This document shows positions 9,815 through 19,686 of a DNA stretch of 64,000 bases, one piece after another (within the stretch, counting starts at the first letter, position 1; each line of letters opens with the position of its first letter). Origin of the DNA: an uncultured virus (IMG/VR IMGVR_UViG_3300027360_000001). Lineage: Duplodnaviria > Heunggongvirae > Uroviricota > Caudoviricetes. The stretch is from the IMG/VR virus record IMGVR_UViG_3300027360_000001, one strand, 5' to 3'. The notes below the pieces were generated by a model that had not been told where the DNA came from, ran no database searches, and saw only the letters and a list, made by a program, of their open reading frames with translations. The position numbers and the translations under genes are program-made.

Positions 9815-10897
9815 TTAAGCTAGAGTTTTAATTCTGCCATGCGCCTTCTCTTGCAAAAATTCTAGCGTGTACTCTCCTACTAAAATTCCGCGAGTGTAAT
9901 CGCCTTGCTCGCCAAGATATTTATGGAAGAAATCACGTCCAACTAGCGGGCGGATAGCCATACGGTTAACGTCGACTAGTAATAACTCGTCAGCTTCCAA
10001 GTTGTTATTCAATACGATTTCGAAATCACCGAAGTCTGTTGTGAAGTGGTCAACTACTTGGCCACGACCGTTATCTTGGCGATTTAATTGGATTTTGTTC
10101 GCGTCAAGAGCAGACAACGCACGTTTTTGCTTCGCGCCAACCATGATTTTGAAGTTTCCGCCAGTAGAAAAGCCGCCTTTTTCGTAGATTGATTGCCCTA
10201 GGTTGTTGAGGTGGTCAGCAGTTAACGCGCCGCCCGCAGCCACAACGTTGGAAGTGATGAAGTTACGGATACCCTTCATTTGGCGTACATTTCCGTTAGT
10301 GTAGCCTACACCACCGATTAACGCTTTCTCTAATTGAAGCACTAACTCTAATTGTTTCTTTTGCTTCTCGTACTCGTACAAGTCGCTGATTCCGTAGTTT
10401 GTCACCGCTTCAGCAGTACCGGAAATCTCGATAGAGTCGTCAAAGATTTGAGTGTAGTTAGATTTTTGAGCGCGAGCTTTATAACGTGCTGCACGAGCAT
10501 CTGCGCCTTCAGTGCCTTCTGTGAATTGGAATACGATTTTAGCGCCGTCAGAGATCGCTGCCGCTGTAGTTGAAGCGTATCCCCTAACCGCGGTTAAAGT
10601 ATTAGTGGCAACCGCAGAAATGTAAATTAACTCATCGCCAACCTTTACAACGTTTCCAGCGCGGAAGATAGATCCGTCAGCAACTACGATAGAAGTCGCA
10701 ACGTTTGTTACTGCGCCAACTACTGTAGACTCGTCAGCCACCATCTCATCTTCGAACCACTGGTGTGTAGTTTGCGTTACTGCATCTGAGAAACCTAGTA
10801 AGCTAATAAGTGGTGTGGAATGTGGGTTTAAAAGTAATAACTCATCTACTACGGATAGTTTTTTGCCGATTAAATCGGAAGTATAAATTTTTGCCAT
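9815..10897 (-). CDS. Major capsid protein (SU10 / DUF5309-like)
   Basis: TPLISLLG, HQWFEDE, NYTQIF, GEYTLE motifs; biased codon usage typical of a highly expressed gene. Confidence 0.88.
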   Translation of the reverse strand: MAKIYTSDLIGKKLSVVDELLLLNPHSTPLISLLGFSDAVTQTTHQWFEDEMVADESTVVGAVTNVATSIVVADGSIFRAGNVVKVGDELIYISAVATNTLTAVRGYASTTAAAISDGAKIVFQFTEGTEGADARAARYKARAQKSNYTQIFDDSIEISGTAEAVTNYGISDLYEYEKQKKQLELVLQLEKALIGGVGYTNGNVRQMKGIRNFITSNVVAAGGALTADHLNNLGQSIYEKGGFSTGGNFKIMVGAKQKRALSALDANKIQLNRQDNGRGQVVDHFTTDFGDFEIVLNNNLEADELLLVDVNRMAIRPLVGRDFFHKYLGEQGDYTRGILVGEYTLEFLQEKAHGRIKTLA

Positions 10898-10944
10898 GTG
10901 GAAAATCCCCCTAATTTTTATTGGTTAAATATAAAAAAGACACC

Positions 10945-11850
10945 TTAAGAGGCGTCCTTTTTACTATCTAGGTATTCTTTTAATTGTTCTTCATTTGTGT
11001 CCCGAGATCCATACAACTTGTGAAAATTGATGTGGCATCTTTCGCAAAAAGTTATACCGTTATTGACGTCGGCTCGCAACTCTCTGTTGTCCGCATAGTT
11101 CCTAATATGATGGGCGTGTAACTTACCTGCGTGGTCACCGCACTTCTGACAAGTAAACTCATCTCTTAGAAGTACAAAGTTCCTCCATTTGTCAATACCT
11201 TCTGACCGCCTTCTCTTATCCTCTCTATCCTTTTGGGATAATTCAGGATTCCAACCGTGGTGCTTTTCGCCTCGATAATCTTCGATATGACAATGGCCAC
11301 ATTTACGTCCCTCTTGGAAATGGTCAAAACGGACTTTAATCTCATGTCCTCTCGGACAGACACATGCTAATTGCTTTTTACTTGAAGTATACTCTTCGAG
11401 AAGTGTGTAGCCTTGTTTTTCAACCTCACTTCTAACAAAAGCAGGGTCTAGTTTTACGGAAGCGACAGAGCGCTTGATTCCGCATTCTCTACACCTAACA
11501 CCTAATGTAAAATGGTTGAAAGTACTATAAAACTTGTTTCCACAACTACATTTAAAATTAACCTTGCCTCGGGAGTGTACGTAAGGGTCTAATAGCTCAC
11601 AACCAAATTTGGCTACGTACTCAATGACGTATGATTCGTCCAGGGTAACCCCTTTCCGCATTCTCTCGTACCCGCAAAGAAGACATTTCCCTCCGTTGTT
11701 CACGTTTTTAACCGTGGTGTGGGCTATTCTTCCGCAAGAACACCGGAATTTAAGTTTCGTGCGGTTATTGATGTAGACGTCATCAAGTAATTCTAATCCG
11801 TTTTCTGAAAAAATACGGCGCACTTCTTCGATTGTAAGTTTTTTACCCAT
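10945..11850 (-). CDS. HNH homing endonuclease with N-terminal zinc-ribbon repeats
   Basis: Repeated CxC...CxxC units; C-terminal RDEFTCQKC...LHAHHI...NGITFCERCH; AT-rich insert between scaffold and capsid genes. Confidence 0.85.
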   Translation of the reverse strand: MGKKLTIEEVRRIFSENGLELLDDVYINNRTKLKFRCSCGRIAHTTVKNVNNGGKCLLCGYERMRKGVTLDESYVIEYVAKFGCELLDPYVHSRGKVNFKCSCGNKFYSTFNHFTLGVRCRECGIKRSVASVKLDPAFVRSEVEKQGYTLLEEYTSSKKQLACVCPRGHEIKVRFDHFQEGRKCGHCHIEDYRGEKHHGWNPELSQKDREDKRRRSEGIDKWRNFVLLRDEFTCQKCGDHAGKLHAHHIRNYADNRELRADVNNGITFCERCHINFHKLYGSRDTNEEQLKEYLDSKKDAS

Positions 11851-11976
11851 ATTAACAACTCCCTTTAGTTGTTTTAGTTAGGAGGAGTCCGCTAAGGGTG
11901 CGGAACAATCGGGCGTCCCCTATCCTCCATCTAATTAATTATACCATATTGTATAAAGTATATTCAATAGTGAATT

Positions 11977-12663
11977 TTAAAAAAGTCCTAATTTCTTTTT
12001 CAATTGAACGAATGCTACGCGATCCTCATTCTTCCCTGAGCGTTTAGCCTTCGCCTCTGCCTCCGCAAGCTGTTTAACCGCCTTAGCCTTTTCGTCTTCC
12101 CTTTTAATTTCGTGATTGCCAGGGCTAGGATCTGCGTGCTGCACTGCGCCGAACATGAACGCGTTATCCTTCTTAAACGCCTCCAACGCTTCGACCACGC
12201 CTTGCACGTTGCCTTCTTCGTCAACTGATACGCTGGACACATCGAATACTTTAATCGCTGTCTTCATCGCATCGTTACGAATACCCGCCTCTTTCAACGC
12301 GACCTTTAACTCCGCATCGATTAGGCGCTTATTTGCCTTCGCGAACGCATCGGATTGTTTCGCCTCGAATTCCTTCGCCTTCTGCTCCGCGAGTTCTTTC
12401 TCGTGCTGCAGGCGTTCGATTTCGGACATCTCCGCTTTCTTGCGATCTTCGCGCTCGGCTCTTAACTCCGCTAATTCCTTCGTGATATCATCGTAGTCAG
12501 CATAGCGCTTTTTAACTCGACCCTTCTCACGTCCGATTAGCTCGTTAAGTTCGTCTTGAGTCATCGTCACCGTTTTAACTTCGGACTTATTTTCCGGTTC
12601 CCCAACCGTTGATTTATCGGTAACTTGCTCGTCGATTTGTTCGTTGTTTGGTTCATTGCTCAT
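11977..12663 (-). CDS. Capsid scaffolding protein
   Basis: Acidic, coiled-coil; TQDELNELI...KYADYD-like motif; upstream of the major capsid gene. Confidence 0.8.
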   Translation of the reverse strand: MSNEPNNEQIDEQVTDKSTVGEPENKSEVKTVTMTQDELNELIGREKGRVKKRYADYDDITKELAELRAEREDRKKAEMSEIERLQHEKELAEQKAKEFEAKQSDAFAKANKRLIDAELKVALKEAGIRNDAMKTAIKVFDVSSVSVDEEGNVQGVVEALEAFKKDNAFMFGAVQHADPSPGNHEIKREDEKAKAVKQLAEAEAKAKRSGKNEDRVAFVQLKKKLGLF

Positions 12664-12743
12664 CGTAATACCTCCCGTGATTTAAGCCGCACGTCGGCTA
12701 TGGATTCCGAAAGTTTAGTGCCATTCCGTAAGGCCAATAATAT

Positions 12744-14336
12744 CTATTCAGTCGGAAGTCCTTCCGCTTTTGGTGCGGCCGGTTGCGCTACTTGCGGTGT
12801 AGCAAACGCGCCCATGTACGGATCCTCATTCGCTTGCATCATGCGCTTCTCCGCCATAATTTCCATGAGTTTCGCTTCCGGATTCTCGATGCCATTGCGG
12901 GCCATTGCGCCTTTAATCGATTCTAGGTCGGATGCCATTTCGGTCGTCAAGCGATTCACTAACGCCACTTGGTCCTCCGGTAAAGGTAAGCGGAAATGTA
13001 CTTGGTTATCGTAATTATCATCAATCTGCGCCACTTGCGCCTTGTCGTACGCGAAGTTCACGTCGTCCTGTCTCGCTTGCATATAGCGTAGAATATATTC
13101 GTTTAGCAACTGTAACCGCGATCGCCAGATTACCCACGAGCGCTGCGTTTTCGAAATGATCGCGCTGAACAAGAGCTTCACGGCCATGTCGTTAATACCG
13201 CCGACGTTCATCTCGGCAGTGTTCACGGACGGCACCTCGGCAATCTTGTGCAAGTTCGCGTATAAGCGGTCGAGGTACGCTTCCGTCGCTTCCTTAAAAC
13301 GGAAATTCGATTCGAGCTTCTTAACTTCCGGTAACTGCCCCTCGAGTAGCCCACCGTCGCCCACGATATTCCACAGCGCACCTGGCGCCGTCTTAAGCCC
13401 CTTCGCGTCGTCCACGTTCATTAATAATGTAATAGCGAACATCTCGAAGCGGATAGCATCGCTGTAGTCAGATAGCTTGCGGTTAATCTCGTCGGTAATA
13501 TCTGCGTATTTATCAATCTCGCTGTAACCACGAGTCATGCCCGCGAGCTTCTCGTTCGGTACGTCTACGACCGGTATAAAGTCGAGGCCCATCGATTGAT
13601 AAGCAACGTGCTCCTCTACGATTTCCATTGCGTCAGGGTCGGTTACATCGTAAGTTGCTTCGTGTACGTAACACTCGAATGCGCCGGTTGTAGGGTTCGT
13701 ATCCATGCGGTACGACTGTCGCCACATTTTCGTGAGCTCCGCGTCGAGGTACTTGAAGAAATGTACCTCCTCGAGAGTGTCTGCGTCGTCCATGCTCCAT
13801 TTCGCTACCACTTCGAGGTCAGGGCGGAATGCCAGACGAATCTTGCCCGTGCGCTTGTCGTACGCCAGCTTAATCCAAACGGTGCCGGCGATCTTACGGT
13901 CCTTCGCCGCCTCGAGTAGCTTCTCGTGTGAGCGGTTATCGTTGTGTACGCGGTTAATCAAGAGCTCCTTCGCGGCCGCTCGGCGGTTCTCCGCGTCCTG
14001 CTCAGCGCTTTCCTCGTAGGCTTCGCTGGCCATGTCGATAGGGTCGTCGATAATGCCAGGCGATACGTCGTGCTTCGGTGCCATCTCGAATTCCCACGCC
14101 GCCATCGTGTCGACTAGCAAGCGATCGTAGTTGATTGTCAAAAGAGTTGGTTGATATTGTAAATCGTCAGGTTTTTGATAGTTCTCGAAAACTTGCTTTC
14201 CTTCGTATCGGTCGTATAACTTAACTAAACGCATCACTCTCTCGTGATTTTCGTCGCCCATCCATTCCTGGACGGAACTCTTTAGCGGAGTAGGGTGCGT
14301 GTCGTTTCGGTTACTGAATAAGCCGAATAATCCCAT
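12744..14336 (-). CDS. Portal protein (SPP1 gp6-like)
   Basis: 530 aa after TerL; FIPVVDVPN, GYSEI motifs. Confidence 0.85.
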   Translation of the reverse strand: MGLFGLFSNRNDTHPTPLKSSVQEWMGDENHERVMRLVKLYDRYEGKQVFENYQKPDDLQYQPTLLTINYDRLLVDTMAAWEFEMAPKHDVSPGIIDDPIDMASEAYEESAEQDAENRRAAAKELLINRVHNDNRSHEKLLEAAKDRKIAGTVWIKLAYDKRTGKIRLAFRPDLEVVAKWSMDDADTLEEVHFFKYLDAELTKMWRQSYRMDTNPTTGAFECYVHEATYDVTDPDAMEIVEEHVAYQSMGLDFIPVVDVPNEKLAGMTRGYSEIDKYADITDEINRKLSDYSDAIRFEMFAITLLMNVDDAKGLKTAPGALWNIVGDGGLLEGQLPEVKKLESNFRFKEATEAYLDRLYANLHKIAEVPSVNTAEMNVGGINDMAVKLLFSAIISKTQRSWVIWRSRLQLLNEYILRYMQARQDDVNFAYDKAQVAQIDDNYDNQVHFRLPLPEDQVALVNRLTTEMASDLESIKGAMARNGIENPEAKLMEIMAEKRMMQANEDPYMGAFATPQVAQPAAPKAEGLPTE

Positions 14337-14357
14337 TCCTTCGAGCGCCTCCTTTCG

Positions 14358-16124
14358 TTATCTGAATCGTTTTGTTGACGTTTGTATTTTTCGTTCCTTC
14401 GTTTTCAATGCGGACACTGACATTTCAACACTATCGATGCAGTCATCGTGTGTAGTACCGTACTGCTCGAACTGTTCCAGTAGTAATGCGTGTCGACGAT
14501 TAAATTGAAGCTCTCCGTTTTCTATCATCGGGTGCATCGCCTCAATACGAAGCGACTTTTTATTTCGTTGTTTAACTTTTCGTAATCTCGTTCGCGCTGG
14601 GTATCCCACAGCCTGAAGACGTTTGTAAAGTACGTCAGCTATGAATTCCTGTGCGGCCTGTGCCTCCACGGATAAAATATCGGGCTGATACGTCATGGCG
14701 AATTGAACCGCCTTCTCGATAAACTGATCGGGGTGAATACGATCGCCCGTCGATTCCACAACGTACTTCGTTTTCGTTTTCTTATGCTCGGCTACCACGG
14801 CGATAGACGAGTAGTCGCCGCGCTCTTTTCCCATTGCCGGGTCTAGGGCCATACTAATGCGGTACTGACCGTCGAAGAAATTAATGTTGGGCGTGTAGTA
14901 ATGGAACTTCTCAGGATTAAAAAGTAAATCTTCCTCCGAGATTGGGTTATTCATCAGCTCCGTATTAAAGGCGCGTGATCCATTGTCCCATTTAAACGTC
15001 ATGAGCTTCCATATCGGCTGCACGGACGGCCAAAGAACGACCGCCCCTGCGTCCATCTCCGCTTTATGTGCAACGTAAAAAAGCTCGGCATCGCGAGCTC
15101 TATCGGGGTTATTTCTATCGGTATATATCTCCTGGCATCGCTGCCACATATCCATTCGTTCGGGCCACTTAATTACCGCTTGGTATTTCTTCGACTTAAA
15201 GTCGGAGCGGTTATATAATACGTCAATCAATAATGACTGCGGATGGACCGTCGTACCCATGAATACGATAGCGGTCTTTTCGCCTGCAGGATCACCTAAA
15301 GGTACGACAACTTTCGTGAACCAGTCCTTTAATTCCTGGCGAAGTTCCTCCGTATTGGTGTTCCGTTTATCCTCGAGGTCGTCCGCGACAATTAAATCAG
15401 GGCGTACGCCGTTCCAGTTACGTCCACGAAGCGCTTGCCCCGATGACGCCGCTTGGACCAACGTTAACAGCTTCTTACCGTCTTCCCCTTTCGGTTCCCA
15501 TGCGATAAACTCACTCGAGTTATCTTTCGGGTTCATCTGCTGCTTCGGATTCAATAGCGGACCGAAATCACGCCGTAGCTTTTCGTTAGACGTTAACTGT
15601 AGCTTTATCCACTCGAGATTTGCCGTCGATACACTCGGCGTCTCCGATATAATAATGATGTATTTACGTAGCCGATACACGATCTCATGAATCGGGAACC
15701 CCTTCGATAGGAAGCTGGACTTCGCATGAGACCGGGGAGCTGCTACGGCTATCTTCTCGTTTATTACATCGGTGGACACCACGTTCATAATGTCGCAAAT
15801 CTCAACGTGAAAGTTCGGCGCCAACTCCGTCAGCTTATACGCATCGATACCGTCAGGTACGTTGTACCTCGGGACCCAGTTACCGGGATTGTCGGGGTTT
15901 AGATTCTCGCCGAACCAGTTATACACGAAAAACAGTACGTTTCGCTCCCCGAAATCAATCGCCTTGATGCGTTCATACTCGTCGATGTACGCCTTGAGCT
16001 CGAGTTTCTCTTCGCCAGTCAGACGGTCGCGCTCCGCAAGTTTAGCGCTAATATAGCGATGGAGTTTGTCGATGCGTTCCCGTCGTGCTGGCCCGTCTAA
16101 CCATTTACCGTCAACCCATGCGAT
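14358..16124 (-). CDS. terL: Terminase large subunit (probable ATC start at 16124)
   Basis: APRSHAKS Walker A, LRGRNWNGVRPDLIVADD Walker B, DPAMG and HDDCID nuclease motifs; the frame extends 66 codons upstream of the tracked GTG (15926) to an ATC 8 nt from GGAGG. Confidence 0.9.
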   Translation of the reverse strand: MAWVDGKWLDGPARRERIDKLHRYISAKLAERDRLTGEEKLELKAYIDEYERIKAIDFGERNVLFFVYNWFGENLNPDNPGNWVPRYNVPDGIDAYKLTELAPNFHVEICDIMNVVSTDVINEKIAVAAPRSHAKSSFLSKGFPIHEIVYRLRKYIIIISETPSVSTANLEWIKLQLTSNEKLRRDFGPLLNPKQQMNPKDNSSEFIAWEPKGEDGKKLLTLVQAASSGQALRGRNWNGVRPDLIVADDLEDKRNTNTEELRQELKDWFTKVVVPLGDPAGEKTAIVFMGTTVHPQSLLIDVLYNRSDFKSKKYQAVIKWPERMDMWQRCQEIYTDRNNPDRARDAELFYVAHKAEMDAGAVVLWPSVQPIWKLMTFKWDNGSRAFNTELMNNPISEEDLLFNPEKFHYYTPNINFFDGQYRISMALDPAMGKERGDYSSIAVVAEHKKTKTKYVVESTGDRIHPDQFIEKAVQFAMTYQPDILSVEAQAAQEFIADVLYKRLQAVGYPARTRLRKVKQRNKKSLRIEAMHPMIENGELQFNRRHALLLEQFEQYGTTHDDCIDSVEMSVSALKTKERKIQTSTKRFR

Positions 16125-16226
16125 GGCGACCGCCTCCTTTCGAATAAAAATATGTAAATAATGGTTGTAATTCGTGATTGTATATCGTATACTAAACGTA
16201 AGATGAATCGAACATAACGAGGAGAT

Positions 16227-16787
16227 GTGATATTAATGAATACAGTACAACCGCTTAAAAATAAGAAAGACATCGAGAAAATGAAGAAAGCGCTAGGCCG
16301 CGATCGTGACCGTTTGCTTTTCATATTCGGGATAAATAGCGCACTACGTATCAGCGACATACTAAAGCTGAAGGTCGGCGATGTACGCGGCAAGGAATTC
16401 TTATCTCTACGTGAGCAAAAAACGAACAAGGAACGCCGCTTCCCGCTGAACCAATCGATTAAGAAAGCGATAGTCGAGTGCGTTCCTGCTGACGCTTCCG
16501 ACGACGACTTCTTGTTCCCGTCACGTAAAGGCGGAAAGGCAATCGGTCGTGGGCAAGCGTACCAAGTATTAAACGATGCAGCTAAACGTGCTGGGCTTCT
16601 CGAAAAGGTAGGCGAGATCGGTTCGCACAGTTTACGTAAAACGTTCGGATACCACGCGTATAAGAACGGCGTAGATATTTCGTTGTTGCAGTCGATATTC
16701 AACCACGCTAGCCCGCATACGACGCTGAGATATATCGGTATTACACAAACGATGAAGGAAGACGTATTCATCGCGATAAATTTATAA
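16227..16787 (+). CDS. Minimal tyrosine recombinase (catalytic domain only)
   Basis: ALRISD, EQKTNK, HSLRKTFG, FNHAS, TLRYIG catalytic residues; only 186 aa with no N-terminal arm or core-binding domain. Confidence 0.9.
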   Translation: MILMNTVQPLKNKKDIEKMKKALGRDRDRLLFIFGINSALRISDILKLKVGDVRGKEFLSLREQKTNKERRFPLNQSIKKAIVECVPADASDDDFLFPSRKGGKAIGRGQAYQVLNDAAKRAGLLEKVGEIGSHSLRKTFGYHAYKNGVDISLLQSIFNHASPHTTLRYIGITQTMKEDVFIAINL

Positions 16788-16812
16788 AACTATAAAACAC
16801 AAGCGCCCGCAA

Positions 16813-17973
16813 TTAAGCGAGCGCCTTTTCTATTTCTGCAAGTTTTCTTACGTAGTAATTTTGTTTTGGTTTAGGTAGTCCTTCAACGTACTTATAAACG
16901 TTAACCAAGCGATACTTTCCATTCACTGTACGATCACACGATTTATCTCCTCTCAAAAATACGAGGGTAAGTGAATTGCAGTGCGGAAGGTATTTCCGTA
17001 CCGTCTCCGTGTGCCCTGACGCGTACTGCGAAAGTTTAACGTCAATCCATTCGTTATTTGGTAAAACGAAATCCGGGTCGTAGTGCTCATGTTCGTATTG
17101 GCTGTATTCGACTCCGAACTCCGTTAATATCTCACCGAATAATTCTTCGAGTGCGTACCCGCATTCTGAAGCGATATTCGAGTCGAGTTTTATATTTTCG
17201 TAATCAATGCCCGACGAATTTACCGCGTCTGCCCACGTAGGAAACAACGCCTTTGAAGCCGCTATTAGATGCGTCTTCTTACGTTTTATATACGTATAAT
17301 TCAACGGAACCCCTTCGTCGTAGAGGCGTTTAATTTCAAACGTAAGGCCCTCACGACTTTGTAAGTCCGGTATATAGCGCTTTGGCTTCTCGATAACTTC
17401 TTTAGGTTTATCTATCGTTATGTGGCAGATATTAAGGATTTGCTTAAGATCCTCAATTGTTAAAGATAGCTTAGTCATCGAATTACTGAATCCTCTAACG
17501 CGAGCTGAAAGTGCTGTATGCGTAGGCTCAGTCCCCGATAACAATTCCATAATTACTAACGAGAGAAACTCGTCTTTAGACTTACTGGAACCCGCGAGAT
17601 AGTACGGCTCATGCCCTGATGCTATTATCGCATCGTTCCACGTACCAAATCGACGTTTAGCTGCAGCGACTAAATCTCGATGTCCACTTCGTTTAAGATA
17701 ATCAGAGGATAGTGGGATTCCGCTGTTAGCGAGACGTTGTATCCCATCGATTACTCTCTCGTTAGTCCAATCAAGTTTACGCTCGCCTTTCTGTCGAGGA
17801 AGTCGGTTAATCCCGAAATGGTCGCACGCCTTACCCATCCCGTTAAACCTACGATCGATAGCGCGACATTCATTAGTGTATAACGCCCTGAATTGAGAAG
17901 ACGTAAGCCTTTCGGTTGACGCTTCGGTAAGTAATTCCCGTAGGTAATCGTCTGTATATTTACTTTTCGCCAT
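16813..17973 (-). CDS. Putative homing endonuclease (helical repeats plus PD-(D/E)XK-like nuclease)
   Basis: Repeated RRFGTWNDAI-type units; C-terminal PDFVLPNNEWIDVK. Confidence 0.65.
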   Translation of the reverse strand: MAKSKYTDDYLRELLTEASTERLTSSQFRALYTNECRAIDRRFNGMGKACDHFGINRLPRQKGERKLDWTNERVIDGIQRLANSGIPLSSDYLKRSGHRDLVAAAKRRFGTWNDAIIASGHEPYYLAGSSKSKDEFLSLVIMELLSGTEPTHTALSARVRGFSNSMTKLSLTIEDLKQILNICHITIDKPKEVIEKPKRYIPDLQSREGLTFEIKRLYDEGVPLNYTYIKRKKTHLIAASKALFPTWADAVNSSGIDYENIKLDSNIASECGYALEELFGEILTEFGVEYSQYEHEHYDPDFVLPNNEWIDVKLSQYASGHTETVRKYLPHCNSLTLVFLRGDKSCDRTVNGKYRLVNVYKYVEGLPKPKQNYYVRKLAEIEKALA

Positions 17974-18575
17974 TTTATCGGCCTCCTATCGTATGCCCTA
18001 TCGATTAGAATAAAAAAGACGACCCAAACGCCGATAGGTGCGTATACTTGCGGTAGCTAATCGCAAGCTGAGTCGTCAATATCTACGTTACCACAAAACT
18101 GCCAACCGGTGCAATTACGATTGACAGCGTTCTGGCAACGTAGTAAGCTAATCGGAAACCCAAACGTTATTTTTGATATCCGGATTGAAACTCCATGTGG
18201 CGACGGGTTTTCGCTTTTCCACTCCCCCGCGGGGTCTATACGCCTGCATACGATACACACTCGACTGCATAACGAATCGTACAGAAGTATATTAAGTCCG
18301 ATAGGCAACGTGCCTTGAGCCGCGTCACACCAACGTTTATCACTATCGTTATCATTAATCGTTTATTTATTTATTTATGCACACGGTATATCAACGTTTG
18401 TAGCCCATCGCTGTCAGCCTGCGAGTGTATAAGAATGTGCATAAAGCGGTAGCCTCACGCCTGAAAGTTTCGGGGTGTGCGTCCGTCAGGAGGGCGAGGC
18501 TGACCTATTCGGAAGCCATCGGCTAGCCTCACGTACTTATATATACGAGTTCCTTCTATTATATAGGCGACTAAC

Positions 18576-18974
18576 CTATTCGCTTTCCGCCCCGAATCCT
18601 TTCGCCAGCTTATCGAGTTCCTCATCGACCTTACCCATATCGACCTTGCCATCGACGTTCTCCGTCTTGACCTCGACCTTTTCCGTTAAGAGGCCGTTCA
18701 TAGTTAAGACTAGTTTCGCTGCAGCCGCATTACCTTCCCGAATAGCAAAGTCGGCCATACTCTCGATTACCTCAGGTAAACGGTCTTGTGATTTACGAAC
18801 CATCTCACGCTTTAACTCCGCTTGGAACGTTTCGTCTCGTCTCCAATTATAGAGAGTTCGCACATCCACTTCGCATACCTCTGCGATTTCCCCTAGCGTC
18901 TTACCTCCGAACTTAGGCTGCGCTAACCATTCGATTGCCACGTATTGTTCTGGTCGTAGTAATTTCTTCGCCAT
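18576..18974 (-). CDS. terS: Terminase small subunit (phBC6A51-like HTH)
   Basis: HTH KTLGEIAEVCEVDVRTLYNWRR; GNAAAAKL; upstream of terL. Confidence 0.7.
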   Translation of the reverse strand: MAKKLLRPEQYVAIEWLAQPKFGGKTLGEIAEVCEVDVRTLYNWRRDETFQAELKREMVRKSQDRLPEVIESMADFAIREGNAAAAKLVLTMNGLLTEKVEVKTENVDGKVDMGKVDEELDKLAKGFGAESE

Positions 18975-19104
18975 GTTTATCGTTCTCCTTTCGCCTTGCT
19001 ACGCTCGTCTAAGCGTGCTATAATCGTACTGCTCTTCATTTACAAGCGGAAGCATACGCGCTAGCGTGGCCGTTGTGCTGTCCGCTGCTTTGCGTATCTA
19101 ACGC

Positions 19105-19236
19105 CTACTTACGTCTATACCGTTCTAACTCGTGTTTCAATCGTAGCATATACTCGCTATTCTCATCTTCGCCTAACTCTCGTAATACCTCGATAAAGTT
19201 CTCGGTGATATTCGCTTTATACTCGTTACCAAGCAT
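19105..19236 (-). CDS. Small hypothetical protein (43 aa)
   Basis: GAGGAGG RBS; MLGNEYKANITENFIEVLRELG...; below the ORF-track cutoff. Confidence 0.5.
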   Translation of the reverse strand: MLGNEYKANITENFIEVLRELGEDENSEYMLRLKHELERYRRK

Positions 19237-19572
19237 CGCACAACCTCCTCGTTAACCTATACGACAACCTAATCGACTAACCTAGCGTTTAACCTCTCGT
19301 ATAACCTAACGTACTAACCAGCGATAGTAACCAACGTAGTGTAACCTATCGTATACATACGTATATAACGCTTATGCTATCGTATAGGCTAAAGCCTTTT
19401 CGTAAGCATCCTCGTTCTTTTATACAATCGTAAATACAAAAGAGGGCGAGGTTTTCACCTCGCTATCAATCGTATATAATCGTAACCTATCGTACTCTTT
19501 TATTATCGAATATAAATACTATCGATATCTTTAATGGCTGCGTGTTCATGTATATGGACGCGCTATCTTTTA

Positions 19573-19682
19573 GTAAATGTATATAACGTAAATGTATATA
19601 ACGTAAATATATATAACCCATAATATTTATGGTTACGGAACCGTAAAATTCATGGTTACACGCCCATAAAATTCATGGTTAC
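19573..19682. repeat. Iteron-like tandem repeats
   Basis: 3 x GTAAATRTATATAAC (19573-19617) followed by 3 x CCRTAAWATTYATGGTTAC at a 23-bp period (19618, 19641, 19664). Confidence 0.85.
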
Positions 19683-19686
19683 CATT

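Noticed and set aside
16097..16771. 224-aa minus-strand ORF
   Set aside because: Antisense shadow of the tyrosine recombinase
18200..18560. cos/pac packaging site near CCCCCGCGGGG
   Set aside because: Plausible by position next to terS but cannot be supported without read-terminus data
19573..19682. Possible CRISPR array
   Set aside because: Repeats are tandem with 0-4 nt gaps, no unique spacers, and no cas operon
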